From a bacterium (GTDB taxonomy: Bacteria > Patescibacteriota > Dojkabacteria > B142 > OLB20), in contig JAJTYI010000009.1 of assembly GCA_021463645.1 (NCBI GenBank), positions 29,343-93,342 of the forward strand: a stretch of 64,000 nucleotides of DNA, read 5' to 3'. The notes beneath the pieces are model-generated. The model was not told where the DNA came from and made no database searches. It worked only from the letters and a program-made list of their open reading frames with translations. The translations under genes were made by a program, and so were the position numbers. Shown piece after piece: positions 7,785 through 18,353 of this stretch (within the stretch, counting starts at the first letter, position 1; every line of letters begins with the position of its first letter).

Positions 7785-9073
7785 TGTCCTCGGATATCTA
7801 TGGTATCGTCGATTGCAATAATTTCTACGTTTCTTGCGAGAGAGTTTTTGATCCGACACTCCGCAACCGTCCCACTGCAGTCTTATCAAATAACGACGGA
7901 TGTGTCATCGCCAGATCAAACGAATTGAAAGCAATGGGAGTCCCTATGGGCGCACCTTTGTTTGAATGGAAAGATCGATTTATCGAGAACAACGTCGCTG
8001 TGCGTTCCGCAAATTTCACACTTTATCAAGATATGTCCGAGAGAGTATTTCGTTCACTCCACGAGTTTTGTCAGGAAATTGAAATATATTCGATTGATGA
8101 AGCGTTTTTGCGTATACCTATAACATCACCTGAAAGGATACTTCGAAACTCCATAGAGATGAAAGAAACGATTTATCGCTGGACAGGAATCCCGATATCT
8201 ATTGGAATAGCAAATACCAAAACATTAGCCAAACTCGCCAACAAAATCGCGAAGAAATTCATCGAAAATGATGGGGTTTATCAGATAGATGACATTACAG
8301 ACTATAGACATAATAAGTATTTAGAACATCTCGACATTGATGACATTTGGGGAATAGGTGGACGCATTGCTCGAAGACTCAAAATCTTCGATATTGCGGA
8401 CATCCCAAGTCTCCTACAAGCTGATAGACATCTACTTCGACAAGAATATGGAGTTATGTTGGAGCGAACTTGGCTCGAACTCCATAGTATCCGATGTTAC
8501 CCAATCAACCCACATCGTAGCTCGAAAAAAGGCATACTCTGTAGCCGTACGTTCAAGAAAGCATACACCGAATACAATCAAGTTGCTCAGGCAGTTGCGA
8601 GATTTACAGATAGTGCATCCAGAAGCCTAAGGGCACAGGGTTCGGTAACGTCTAGAATTTGGGTTTTCCTTACAACCGATAGATTTACTCCAGAAGGGCG
8701 TTACTCTAATTCATATCTGATAAAGCTCGAAACACCTTCTGATTACACACCACTGTTAACGAAGAGTGCACTAAATGGATTAAAGCAAATTTTCCGTTCA
8801 GGGTATAAATACAAAAGGGCAGGGGTGTTTTTAGAGAATTTCTACAATAAAGGCGAATACCAACAAAATATTTTTACTACATCCAATGCTCAGGAAGAAA
8901 TAAAACAAACCATTTTAATGAGGTCCTTTGATAAACTCAACTCTATCTGGGGCAAAGGTACAGTGAAGTTTGCAAATCAGATGGTTTTCTTGAACCCAAT
9001 CAAAGAACAAGCACTTCGTTCACCAAGATATACTACAAGATGGGAGGAGATACCGGTTATAAGGAGTCGATGA
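7784..9073 (+). CDS. umuC: Y-family DNA polymerase, UmuC type (Pol V catalytic subunit)
   Basis: 429 aa. 'DCNNFYVSCERVFDP' and 'VLSNNDGCVIARS' match the UmuC N-terminus. Its ATG overlaps the umuD TGA (TGATG). Confidence 0.9.
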   Translation: MSSDIYGIVDCNNFYVSCERVFDPTLRNRPTAVLSNNDGCVIARSNELKAMGVPMGAPLFEWKDRFIENNVAVRSANFTLYQDMSERVFRSLHEFCQEIEIYSIDEAFLRIPITSPERILRNSIEMKETIYRWTGIPISIGIANTKTLAKLANKIAKKFIENDGVYQIDDITDYRHNKYLEHLDIDDIWGIGGRIARRLKIFDIADIPSLLQADRHLLRQEYGVMLERTWLELHSIRCYPINPHRSSKKGILCSRTFKKAYTEYNQVAQAVARFTDSASRSLRAQGSVTSRIWVFLTTDRFTPEGRYSNSYLIKLETPSDYTPLLTKSALNGLKQIFRSGYKYKRAGVFLENFYNKGEYQQNIFTTSNAQEEIKQTILMRSFDKLNSIWGKGTVKFANQMVFLNPIKEQALRSPRYTTRWEEIPVIRSR

Positions 9074-9076
9074 AAT

Positions 9077-12000
9077 TTACCTCAAGAATGAGAACACCCT
9101 AGACAAACTACTGATTACTAGTTCTATTGCGCTATTAGACTCTTTCGGAGTGATTGCTACATAGTCTAATGAGTATGTCGTGTTCTCTGCATCGTCAGTC
9201 GAGACTGCTCTCAAATGATAGACCTTTCCAGGTGCGAGCCCGGAGATTACGATGGTATGATCAAGTGTAAAATTGCTATCTAACTGTGATCTCTGAGGAT
9301 AGCTACTTCCAGTTCCTTCTCCATATTCAACCTGTGAAGTTGTAGGTTCGTCTGTCGTCCAAGTCACGATAAACTGAGAGCTGTCTGTGACATTACCTTT
9401 GCCAGCTTCAATCTGTACATTTGAGATTGCAGGTGGTCTGGTGTCAGTAGCAGTTGTTATTCTCTGTGCTGTCGATGTTGCTTGATTTCCTAATTTATCA
9501 GAGCCCTTAACTAATAACTCGTAAACCGTATTTGGTAATAATCCACGGATAATCATTTGATGTTCACCACTCATTAAGTCTAGATTAACTTCTTCTCTGA
9601 TTAACTCAACATTACCTTCAGGGAAGAGACTTACCACGGATGTGACTTCTGTATTAGACTCCCAAGACACTAAAACAGTTGGTTGTGCAGCATTCTTCAC
9701 TTGTTGAATTCGTACATTCGATAATTTTGGTTGTGGCAATGTAGTGAAATCAAGAACTGTGCCTTCATAAACATAACCTTCATCATCTTCAGTATCAACT
9801 CTGAAATAATATTTACTGCCTTCACTCAACCCATCGAGAAGAGTAGTGTATCTAGACTCAAGTGGACTTGTAGCGATTTCTTTACTCGAACCAAATCCTA
9901 CCGACGTTCCGTAGAGGAAATTCACCTTTGAAGACCCTGTAGTTGTAAAATTAATAACTGCTGTACTAATTCCCACACTACTTACAACAACATCCTTAAC
10001 ACTTGGGGGTGGGGCAGTAGTAAAGGTGTATTCATCCGACAGTCCGAGATTACCGTCTTCGTCAGTCCATTTAGCTTGGAAGTAGTACGTAGTGCCCGGT
10101 TCTAGGTTTGTAAGTATTAAATCATGATCAATTCTTTGTTCAGAGTTTCCAACTTCTTCCTTGAAGTAGTCATTACTTGCAAGTCCATAAGAAATCCTTG
10201 AGTCTGAATCACGATCAGTTATCCAACTAATCCTAGCATTTCTCGTCGAAACACTACTTACAACTGGTGCTGATTCGAGGATTGCGGGACTTGTGAATTT
10301 ACCGTCAGGGAAGTTACTTCCTGTAGACGATACAGCAGAGCAGTTGTTTGTCGAATCGCATGCTCTCACACAGTAATAATGATCTTTTTGTTGAAGATTT
10401 GTATCGACATATGATCCACCTGCCGTTTCCCCAACTTTTGCGAATAGTGAGAAATTTTCACTACAGTTTGCATTTTCGGCAAACGATCTATAGATAAAAT
10501 ATTTTGCAACTCCAGCCCCTAAATCCTCAGGTTCATCCCATGATACGGTAAGTCTCCAATTCTTAGTTGTTTTAACAGATATGTCTGCAACATCTAAATT
10601 TCTAGGAACACCAGGGGCTGATGTGTTGGCGTAGAATTTGATAGAAGCATAATCTCCATAATTAATATTTGATGCTTCATCACGACTCACCACATAGAAG
10701 GTATTTTCACCAGGTTGTGTTGCAAATGCATCAGGATTTAATGAGTTACTACTTGTGAAGATACAGGTTCCAGATGTAGGAAGAGTATTAACTGTATAAC
10801 AATACGATAGGTTGGACTCCGCGCCTTGGTAGATTTCTGGGGTCAACCATGTGAATGAGAACTCATTTTTATCGTTAGTTACTGGAGTAACCGACAGATC
10901 TCGCGGTGCTGACGGTGCAGTCGAGTTGTATTTCAATATTGCCGAAATAGCGGAAGCAGATGTGTTACATGCATAGTCAAGAGTTCTTAGGTAAAATGGT
11001 GTTTCTCCAGAAGGTAGATTATCAAAATCCGCATCAAGCGCGTAAGTATTTGTAGTCAAAACATCATTACAATCTTGATCTCCGGTGTGTCCACCTCCAT
11101 ACCAAGTTCCATTGGTACCAAGTTTGTACTGATATCCTTTCACTAGTGAATGCGCATCTTGAGCCATATTTGCTCCATCGGATGGCCATGAGATAACAAA
11201 ACTATCAAATGATCTCTGATAACTTGCAGGAGCAAATAAACCTCTAGGATTTGTTGGTGGAGTATTATCAAACTTGAAGCCAAATATCTCGGGTTCTAAA
11301 TCATATACATTTCCAGTGTTATCTACTGCTCTAATGATTAAGTAATACGAATCAGTGGTTGATTGCAACCATGTGTTTCCTCTCAGATTTGTATTGGCAA
11401 AATCGATAGAATTTGTAGTCACAACAAAAGGACAAGTAGTATTTGCTGTTGAACCAGGGCTAGATCCTAGAAGCCCCTTATCGTTTGTTGGATTTCCTGC
11501 AATGTCTGGCCCAAGATATAAACAATAACCTCGAAGACCTGATCCATCGACATCATCGACACCTGCAACCCAGCTGAAATACGGCGCTTGAGAATTTGTG
11601 TAGTTATTTTCAGCGATAGTATCGCCTGATACCGTTCTTTTCAAAGTAGTTTCAGTAGCGTTAACCTCTGGTGGTATTGCATCTTGTACATAGTTGATTT
11701 GAGCACCATTAAATACTGGGGTTGTGTTTTGATTTGGTGAATTTAGAGTTGCTTTCATTTGCAAGTAACGTTTTGGAGGACTCGATATGGATAAATTCGG
11801 TGTGCTACCTGTAACTGGAGCATAATCAGACCACACGAGATTGTCTTCAGAAGTTCTAGTTTGGTAATTAATTGTGTTTCCATTTAACAATTCTGTGATT
11901 AGGAGGTTCGGGTTATTTCCCCATTGGCCTGCGTTCCCTAGGTCGAGAATGTCTGTTTCGTAGTCTCCAGTGGTTCTGTACTTATTATCATCCTCTGAAC

Positions 12001-15000
12001 CAGATTGATGGTTGGCAAGTCCAGAGTTGTAGAGTGACAATACAGCAGTATCGCTTAGAGGTGCATTAAAAATTCTTAGGTCTGAGATTGATCCATTAAG
12101 ATGCCCTACGGGCCAATTCCAAACTTGTCCTATTTTTTGGACCAGAGTTGAATTGTTTGCAGTAGTCGAGGAAAAATCTAGTGCACTTGAATTTTTTAAA
12201 ATACCATTTTCATATATAGCAGCACCAGATGCTCCAAAAGTGAATACAAAGTGCCTCCAACCTTTTCCTGTGCCAGAAAGTGTATACGATAAACCCCTGG
12301 CAGTCGCTGCAGTATCGACCCATTTAGCTGCAGTAAATTGTCCAGAAGGATTGAATGTCATGTCGTATCTACCCCAACCAGTACCCATTATTCCAAAAGA
12401 GTCTGTCCATGTTGTTTTCGTTGACAATTCATTCCAACTCCAGTTTTCTGGTCGAATCCAAACGCTCCATGTTCCCTCCTGCATTGGGAAGTCGGAACCA
12501 GCATCTGGGTCAGGAAAATATATTTCAGTTGAAGCCCTAGTAGATACAGAATTGTGAGCTTCGCCTGACCATGTATAATTACCTCCTAGACTTCCATCGG
12601 CATAGCTCGTTACTAGCAATGCTTTTGCCTCTAACTGCACGCCATCTACGTAAATCGTTTTCCCTGCCAACGCTTGAACACCGTAGGAAAGTGATGCATC
12701 AGCTGTAGCAGCTGAATATATCAATCGCCACCAGCCTCCTCCTGCATCTGTGTAACTCGTGGGAGTTACAACATTACCGCCAAAAATAAGTTTAGCTACT
12801 GTTGCTGAAACTGTTCCTCCAATATTTCCTGTGGTGCCATCGTATACATATGCAGAAAAAGTATGTGTTGAAGTAGCGTTAGGATCTATGGCGATTGTGT
12901 ATTCATCCGGCATTGTTCCGGCATTTACTAACTTTACGCTTTTACTTCCAAATTTGTAGTATGGGCTAGTGGTGTTCTCGGTGGGTGTCAGCGCAGTGAA
13001 GTTGGAAATGGTACCATCATATTGATTCAACGCTCCATGGCTACCAAAATTAATAGGGGTTGGAATGGATGAAAAACTTACAACACCTGTATTCGTTGCA
13101 ACTTGAATTCCATTAATCAATAAGTTTAAACTACCTCCACTTGTATAGTTGACTTCTATATCGTAAGTAGTTCCTGCATTTAATGTAGGGTTTGACCAGT
13201 CCGCAACTACAGTTGTTCCGTTAAATTGTCCCGCGACTCTCAATAAGGTAGATGATTCCTTTCTCAGATACAAGTAATTCGAACCAGCACCATAGGTTGC
13301 AAATATTGTTGGATTTGCTGAACCAAACTTGTCGGCATCGGCAAAATTGTGCCTAGGAGTATATTTAAACTTAATCACACCTCTATCAGCACTAAGTTCA
13401 GTTGTCGTTTGAGTCAAAGTATCTGCTCCGTCTACTCGTAATCCGGTAGTTTCACTAGAATTAGCTTCTGAAGCCGATGTTACTGTAAGTGAGACGTTTG
13501 TTAACTCAAATGAATATAGATCATCCACATAAGACGTACCCGTACCACCAACTCTAACCCATTTATTTGTCACACCGACTTTCCTAAAAACCAACGGGTA
13601 ATGTTTATAAAGGTCACCAGAAGCACCAATTGTTAAACTCGCAGTACCCCCATCATTAGCTGTAGCATTTTCCCCATATGAAAGTTGTTGACTTCCTGCT
13701 GTTTCCCTCATCCACGCACCAAGAGAATAAAAATTATTAATTGTTCCTCCATGATCATATAAGATAGTGAGTTGGCTATTAAATCTGACTCCAGAAGTTC
13801 CAGAATGAACAACTGTGGTTTCCTGGGATGAATCCCCAGCATTAGAGTATTCAGTAGTAGTATGCCCTGATGGCAACCATGGATCACCCGAACCTGTCTC
13901 AAATGAAGGATTGCTAATTTTATTAGTAAGCATTTCTACCTGATGCCAATAACACGTACCTAAACTGGCTGTATTTACTAACTTTATTCTCAAAGTTGTC
14001 ATCCCAGTAGGTGCTTCTCCTGTGAAAATGAAAGTATTTGGTGCTGTTCTGACTGATGTTGTCGTTCCTGTTAAGCTACCGATCTCGGCACCTCCAGTCT
14101 GGTTATACAGAATAATTTTTGGGACACATGTTCCATCACTATGCGCTAGTCCTCTTACTACCCAATCATTGCCTGCTGCTACTGTTTTTTCATAATAGAT
14201 ACCCTCATCAGCTGCGTCACTTGTTATTTTATATCCTCCCGAAAAAATCTTTTCATTCGAAGCTAGCGCAGTGACCGAACTTGGCGTTCCTTCGCTTACC
14301 CATCCATCAGTCGTATACGTTCCGTTAAGCATAAATCCACCAGTATTTGTCGTGCTCGTGTAAAGGAGATTCGAAGAGTGAGGATGACTCCAAGCATTTC
14401 CATTTCCAGTTGCCAATTCACCAACAGTTCCATTAGTAGGTAGTGCGAAAACAACATCCCAACTTCCAGTAATCAATGTTGGATCTTTGCCCGTTCCCGA
14501 GTTGTATATTAAATTAAGTTCATCACCATTCCCTACATCGATTCCATTGGTTCCATCAAAAAGTGGACGACGGTAAATTGTGAGGCCCTCGATGAGTGCT
14601 TCAGCTGGATTCTTATAAACAACTTCTGGTGATCTATCATCATTTCCTATTTCAAATAAAGACTGGCTACTTGGAGAACCAGAAATTACCGTATTAGCAA
14701 ATACATGTGTATCATTTATACTTACTGAAAAATAATTTGCACCACTTAAAGTCGCATATCGACTCCACCTAAATACAACATTGTAAGTTGTTCCTGCCGT
14801 CCAACTCGATACACTCGTACAAACTATATTTGACCAACCTTGGTCAAAACATAGGTTACCATCAGCTGCTTTATATATGCCATTCACCGAATAAGCATTT
14901 GTATTGTATATTATATGTAATTTCCCATCGTTTCCATTCCACTCCGGTGTTATCCAAAAGGCTATTGAGCCTTGATTTTGATCAAAAGTCTGTTTAAATG

Positions 15001-16759
15001 TACCAGCTGAATCTATATTTGAGCCAGTACTTGCTTGTATCGAATCCTGGTTAGTCGTATTATATTGCCCCTGTATGAGAACGCCAGCAGTAAACGGACC
15101 TGCACTATTCCTCTTCGCCATTTTCGCTGTAAACGTATCAAGCGTATTGTCGTAGTTGAAGTAGTTCAGTCCCCAGTTCGTGCTGTAAGTACCATGCTCG
15201 AAACTTGGATTTGTGATCAGATTAGTTGTACCTTCTTCGATAAATACTCCTTCATGTCCTGCGTAACTCTGACCCTTAACTTGTCCTGAACTTGTCGAAG
15301 AATCTATCCCGGCCACACCACTGACATATTTAGCTCCGGTGATTGTTCCATGATTTCCATTCCCACTCGCATCGATAGCTTTTCCAGAATTTCTGGGATC
15401 ATCGCCATTTTCATCCATATGGTAAACAAGTACCACATTACTATCTATCAGATCGTTCGCCGAATCTGATTCACTATATAATCTGGATACTTCTGTTTGT
15501 GTTAAATAGTTTTTCGAAATAAATACTTCATCTATCAGACCATTGTAACCTCTAGTACTCCACTGTAAATCATTAATTCTAAAAGTAGCACTTGCATCTG
15601 TAAATGTTCTATTAGTCGTTTGTGTCGTCTTAAGCACTCCATCTAAATATATCTTCTGTTCATTAGCTTTCAAAGTAAGTACTAAATGATGCCAATCAGT
15701 ATAGTTTTGTAAATTGCCAGCACTGATATGACCCCCTCCTGCTCCACTAAACCAAAAATTCATACTTCCCGAGGCATACCACTCCATATATCCAAAGTCT
15801 AGTCTCCATAATTGTGCCGATGTTGGATGCATAGGTTTCCCTTTAAACCATATAGATATACTCAACTCGTCTCCGTGGCTGAAGGTCGTACTATTCACAT
15901 AGTCGTCACTACCGTCAAAACTCAGTGAGCTCCCTCCTGAATACCTCAATGCACCCCCCTGTGCGCTCGGTATCTCCCCATCGATACATGTTGTGGTCCC
16001 ATTAAACGGACAGACCATGGTTGCTTCAGCGTCGCCGATATTGTAACCATTATCTCCAAAACCAGGGTTAGTTGCTCCAGGATTTTTATAGTAAAGATAG
16101 TAATTCCCACTTGATGCTCCTGCTGTCATCTCTGCTTGAATTGGGAATGTTACTACAGTCGCAGTAGAATCAGAACAATCCGTGGCACCACTTGCTTTGT
16201 AATAGCTTCTCGCAAGTTCAGTATGATTACCAACTCCAGTAGAATAAATAATTCTCAAGTCGTCGCAATCATTTTGAAGGTTTGAAGCGTCGAATAGTTC
16301 TTTTGTGTTTAAGGTTACTTGTATTGGTGTATTCGCAGGCAATGTAACTGCTGATAGATTTTTAACTGTTAGCTGTTTCTTGAGGTTCCAGCCCATATCA
16401 TACCAATTATCATCTTTACCCAAAGACACAGCAGAAGATGAAATCACAACATCAGTTCCACTACCAGCAGTTAATTCACTATCACCGCCTTCGACTAATG
16501 TATAGCTGGTTTCATCGAGTGCTCTCAGAATAGGAACAAGTTCAGTAACCATAGCATACGTTCCCAAGACAAAACCCAAACCCAGCATCATGACTGTAAA
16601 AGTATTCAACTGCCACCTAGCTATAGTAATCTTCTTAAAGAATAAAAATTTGGTGATTTGCTTAAGTTTTTTGCGCACGAAATTCTTTCGTACACGAAAT
16701 ATACGAGAATAGTCTCGATGCATTCTCTGCAAGGTTTTATTGGAACGCGAAACGCGCAT
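9077..16759 (-). CDS. Giant membrane-anchored surface protein (DUF2341-like, LamG/ConA-like lectin, CBM-like and FN3-like modules)
   Basis: Uninterrupted 2560-aa ORF. Basic N-terminus plus one TM (FTVMMLGLGFVLGTYAMV). LamG_3-type signatures ('LSFDGSDDYVNS', 'DASGNGNHGTITGAKYVSG'). CBM4/9-like 'NPSFEHG' and 'NPSFETG'. About 870 C-terminal aa of FN3-like modules. Confidence 0.9.
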   Translation of the reverse strand: MRVSRSNKTLQRMHRDYSRIFRVRKNFVRKKLKQITKFLFFKKITIARWQLNTFTVMMLGLGFVLGTYAMVTELVPILRALDETSYTLVEGGDSELTAGSGTDVVISSSAVSLGKDDNWYDMGWNLKKQLTVKNLSAVTLPANTPIQVTLNTKELFDASNLQNDCDDLRIIYSTGVGNHTELARSYYKASGATDCSDSTATVVTFPIQAEMTAGASSGNYYLYYKNPGATNPGFGDNGYNIGDAEATMVCPFNGTTTCIDGEIPSAQGGALRYSGGSSLSFDGSDDYVNSTTFSHGDELSISIWFKGKPMHPTSAQLWRLDFGYMEWYASGSMNFWFSGAGGGHISAGNLQNYTDWHHLVLTLKANEQKIYLDGVLKTTQTTNRTFTDASATFRINDLQWSTRGYNGLIDEVFISKNYLTQTEVSRLYSESDSANDLIDSNVVLVYHMDENGDDPRNSGKAIDASGNGNHGTITGAKYVSGVAGIDSSTSSGQVKGQSYAGHEGVFIEEGTTNLITNPSFEHGTYSTNWGLNYFNYDNTLDTFTAKMAKRNSAGPFTAGVLIQGQYNTTNQDSIQASTGSNIDSAGTFKQTFDQNQGSIAFWITPEWNGNDGKLHIIYNTNAYSVNGIYKAADGNLCFDQGWSNIVCTSVSSWTAGTTYNVVFRWSRYATLSGANYFSVSINDTHVFANTVISGSPSSQSLFEIGNDDRSPEVVYKNPAEALIEGLTIYRRPLFDGTNGIDVGNGDELNLIYNSGTGKDPTLITGSWDVVFALPTNGTVGELATGNGNAWSHPHSSNLLYTSTTNTGGFMLNGTYTTDGWVSEGTPSSVTALASNEKIFSGGYKITSDAADEGIYYEKTVAAGNDWVVRGLAHSDGTCVPKIILYNQTGGAEIGSLTGTTTSVRTAPNTFIFTGEAPTGMTTLRIKLVNTASLGTCYWHQVEMLTNKISNPSFETGSGDPWLPSGHTTTEYSNAGDSSQETTVVHSGTSGVRFNSQLTILYDHGGTINNFYSLGAWMRETAGSQQLSYGENATANDGGTASLTIGASGDLYKHYPLVFRKVGVTNKWVRVGGTGTSYVDDLYSFELTNVSLTVTSASEANSSETTGLRVDGADTLTQTTTELSADRGVIKFKYTPRHNFADADKFGSANPTIFATYGAGSNYLYLRKESSTLLRVAGQFNGTTVVADWSNPTLNAGTTYDIEVNYTSGGSLNLLINGIQVATNTGVVSFSSIPTPINFGSHGALNQYDGTISNFTALTPTENTTSPYYKFGSKSVKLVNAGTMPDEYTIAIDPNATSTHTFSAYVYDGTTGNIGGTVSATVAKLIFGGNVVTPTSYTDAGGGWWRLIYSAATADASLSYGVQALAGKTIYVDGVQLEAKALLVTSYADGSLGGNYTWSGEAHNSVSTRASTEIYFPDPDAGSDFPMQEGTWSVWIRPENWSWNELSTKTTWTDSFGIMGTGWGRYDMTFNPSGQFTAAKWVDTAATARGLSYTLSGTGKGWRHFVFTFGASGAAIYENGILKNSSALDFSSTTANNSTLVQKIGQVWNWPVGHLNGSISDLRIFNAPLSDTAVLSLYNSGLANHQSGSEDDNKYRTTGDYETDILDLGNAGQWGNNPNLLITELLNGNTINYQTRTSEDNLVWSDYAPVTGSTPNLSISSPPKRYLQMKATLNSPNQNTTPVFNGAQINYVQDAIPPEVNATETTLKRTVSGDTIAENNYTNSQAPYFSWVAGVDDVDGSGLRGYCLYLGPDIAGNPTNDKGLLGSSPGSTANTTCPFVVTTNSIDFANTNLRGNTWLQSTTDSYYLIIRAVDNTGNVYDLEPEIFGFKFDNTPPTNPRGLFAPASYQRSFDSFVISWPSDGANMAQDAHSLVKGYQYKLGTNGTWYGGGHTGDQDCNDVLTTNTYALDADFDNLPSGETPFYLRTLDYACNTSASAISAILKYNSTAPSAPRDLSVTPVTNDKNEFSFTWLTPEIYQGAESNLSYCYTVNTLPTSGTCIFTSSNSLNPDAFATQPGENTFYVVSRDEASNINYGDYASIKFYANTSAPGVPRNLDVADISVKTTKNWRLTVSWDEPEDLGAGVAKYFIYRSFAENANCSENFSLFAKVGETAGGSYVDTNLQQKDHYYCVRACDSTNNCSAVSSTGSNFPDGKFTSPAILESAPVVSSVSTRNARISWITDRDSDSRISYGLASNDYFKEEVGNSEQRIDHDLILTNLEPGTTYYFQAKWTDEDGNLGLSDEYTFTTAPPPSVKDVVVSSVGISTAVINFTTTGSSKVNFLYGTSVGFGSSKEIATSPLESRYTTLLDGLSEGSKYYFRVDTEDDEGYVYEGTVLDFTTLPQPKLSNVRIQQVKNAAQPTVLVSWESNTEVTSVVSLFPEGNVELIREEVNLDLMSGEHQMIIRGLLPNTVYELLVKGSDKLGNQATSTAQRITTATDTRPPAISNVQIEAGKGNVTDSSQFIVTWTTDEPTTSQVEYGEGTGSSYPQRSQLDSNFTLDHTIVISGLAPGKVYHLRAVSTDDAENTTYSLDYVAITPKESNSAIELVISSLSRVFSFLR

Positions 16760-16826
16760 TGTTAGTGAAAATGGTTTATATAATTTAACTTTTTTTGGAG
16801 ATGTTTACAAATTTTTTGTAACGAAA

Positions 16827-18353
16827 TTATTCGTAACGGAGTGCATTTAGAGCAGATATTTTCGTAGCTCTTCTAGCGGGAAATAATCCAGTCAAATAAC
16901 CTACCATTACAGACAATGCTATTACTAAGAACACGAATGTGAAAGGTATACTACTAACACTTATAACATTACCACCTTTACTTATAGAATATGAAGTTAA
17001 TATCAAACTGATTAATTTCCCGCCTAAGTAACCTAACAACAACCCCGACACTCCTCCAAGAAAACCCATTAATAAAGATTCGATAAGAAAGAGTAACCTA
17101 ACTTCAGCAGATTTCATTCCTATTGTCTTCATCAATCCGATTTCTTTAGTCCTCTCAAGAAGTGAAACAGTTAAAGTATTAAACATTCCAAGAGAAGCAA
17201 TAGCTAAACCAAAAGCTCCAATTAATCCTAATCCTATCCTCACGCTACTAAACAATTGTTCAATTTCTGCAACTGTATCTTGAACCGATGTGGTTAAATA
17301 TCCCTGCGCTTCAACTTGTTCTCGAATTCTTTGAACATTATTTTGATCATCGGTAATTATGCGAACTTCGGTGAAATTTACTACACCAAGTGTACGAAGG
17401 TTGAAAAATGGCGTGTATATTGCTGGTTCTGAGTTATCAGAGAGTACCCCTACAATAGTGAAATTTTCTGGCAGTGACACGACTTTTATTCCTTCTCTAT
17501 TCAAGTGTTGACTAGTCACAGTAAATGCAAGACTTACGTTTTCTCCTACAGCGTCATCAAAAGGTAATCCAATAATCTCAATTGCAGACCTGTTCATCAC
17601 GATTTCTTTTAAAGCGGTATTTGGTAAATTTATTTCATCAACGTCAATTTTCTCTCCGTCTGTATTTTCTGTATCAAGTTCGATAAACTCCTCACCTTCG
17701 GAAACCTCTACTGGATTTTCCAGTAAGTTTGCACTTTCTGTGTTCTTTGTTTCATTCTCTTCAGTTAAATTCTCAGCTTGCTTAACTTCGTAGTAAGTTT
17801 CATTACTTTCGAATAGTTTTCCATAAACAGGTTGTATTGCAGACTCTTTGAGATAGTCAGTAGTCACTCCATAGACAGGAATCGCCGCGTTTGATTGTTT
17901 GTAGGACATATCACCCACAATTGCAACCACGGGCAAGGTCTTTTGGACATTTGGAATCTTTTTCAGGTCGGCTAGAACAGTATCATTAAGTCGTAACTTA
18001 CTTCCAGCTTGAGTTGAGACTTGCACTTGTTTCAACTCTTCAAGTCTAGTTGCCTCTGAAATAACCAAATCCTGCATCCCATAGCCAATAGAAACTAAAA
18101 ATACAATCGAAGCGATACCTATCGACATACCAATTATCGTAACCAGAGTCCTAGTTCTACGTACCATTAAATTGACTCCGGCGATATAGAGCAAATCGAT
18201 TAATGAAACTTTAATCCTATATTTCCTAAACCTCTGAATATTGATAACAACTAATATAATCACTATTAAAATGATAGCGATCTCTATAAAGACAGAGCTG
18301 AAAAGTGTCTCAAATAATGGTTCAAATTTTACTCTTAATTCATTTAAATTCAT
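16827..18353 (-). CDS. ABC transporter permease, MacB/FtsX family, with a large extracytoplasmic domain
   Basis: 508 aa. 'RRTRTLVTIIGMSIGIASIVF' is a MacB-type TM1. A roughly 290-aa loop follows, then a C-terminal FtsX domain ('LLERTKEIGLMKTIGMKSAEV'). There is an extra N-terminal helix. Confidence 0.85.
   Translation of the reverse strand: MNLNELRVKFEPLFETLFSSVFIEIAIILIVIILVVINIQRFRKYRIKVSLIDLLYIAGVNLMVRRTRTLVTIIGMSIGIASIVFLVSIGYGMQDLVISEATRLEELKQVQVSTQAGSKLRLNDTVLADLKKIPNVQKTLPVVAIVGDMSYKQSNAAIPVYGVTTDYLKESAIQPVYGKLFESNETYYEVKQAENLTEENETKNTESANLLENPVEVSEGEEFIELDTENTDGEKIDVDEINLPNTALKEIVMNRSAIEIIGLPFDDAVGENVSLAFTVTSQHLNREGIKVVSLPENFTIVGVLSDNSEPAIYTPFFNLRTLGVVNFTEVRIITDDQNNVQRIREQVEAQGYLTTSVQDTVAEIEQLFSSVRIGLGLIGAFGLAIASLGMFNTLTVSLLERTKEIGLMKTIGMKSAEVRLLFLIESLLMGFLGGVSGLLLGYLGGKLISLILTSYSISKGGNVISVSSIPFTFVFLVIALSVMVGYLTGLFPARRATKISALNALRYE

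Noticed and set aside
9077-16759. Numerous 60-134-aa + strand ORFs inside the giant gene (for example 12153-12557 and 15035-15289), and a DGR target interpretation
   Set aside because: The ORFs are antisense or out-of-frame shadows of a 7.7-kb uninterrupted ORF. For a DGR I see no reverse transcriptase gene and no template/variable repeat pair in the window.
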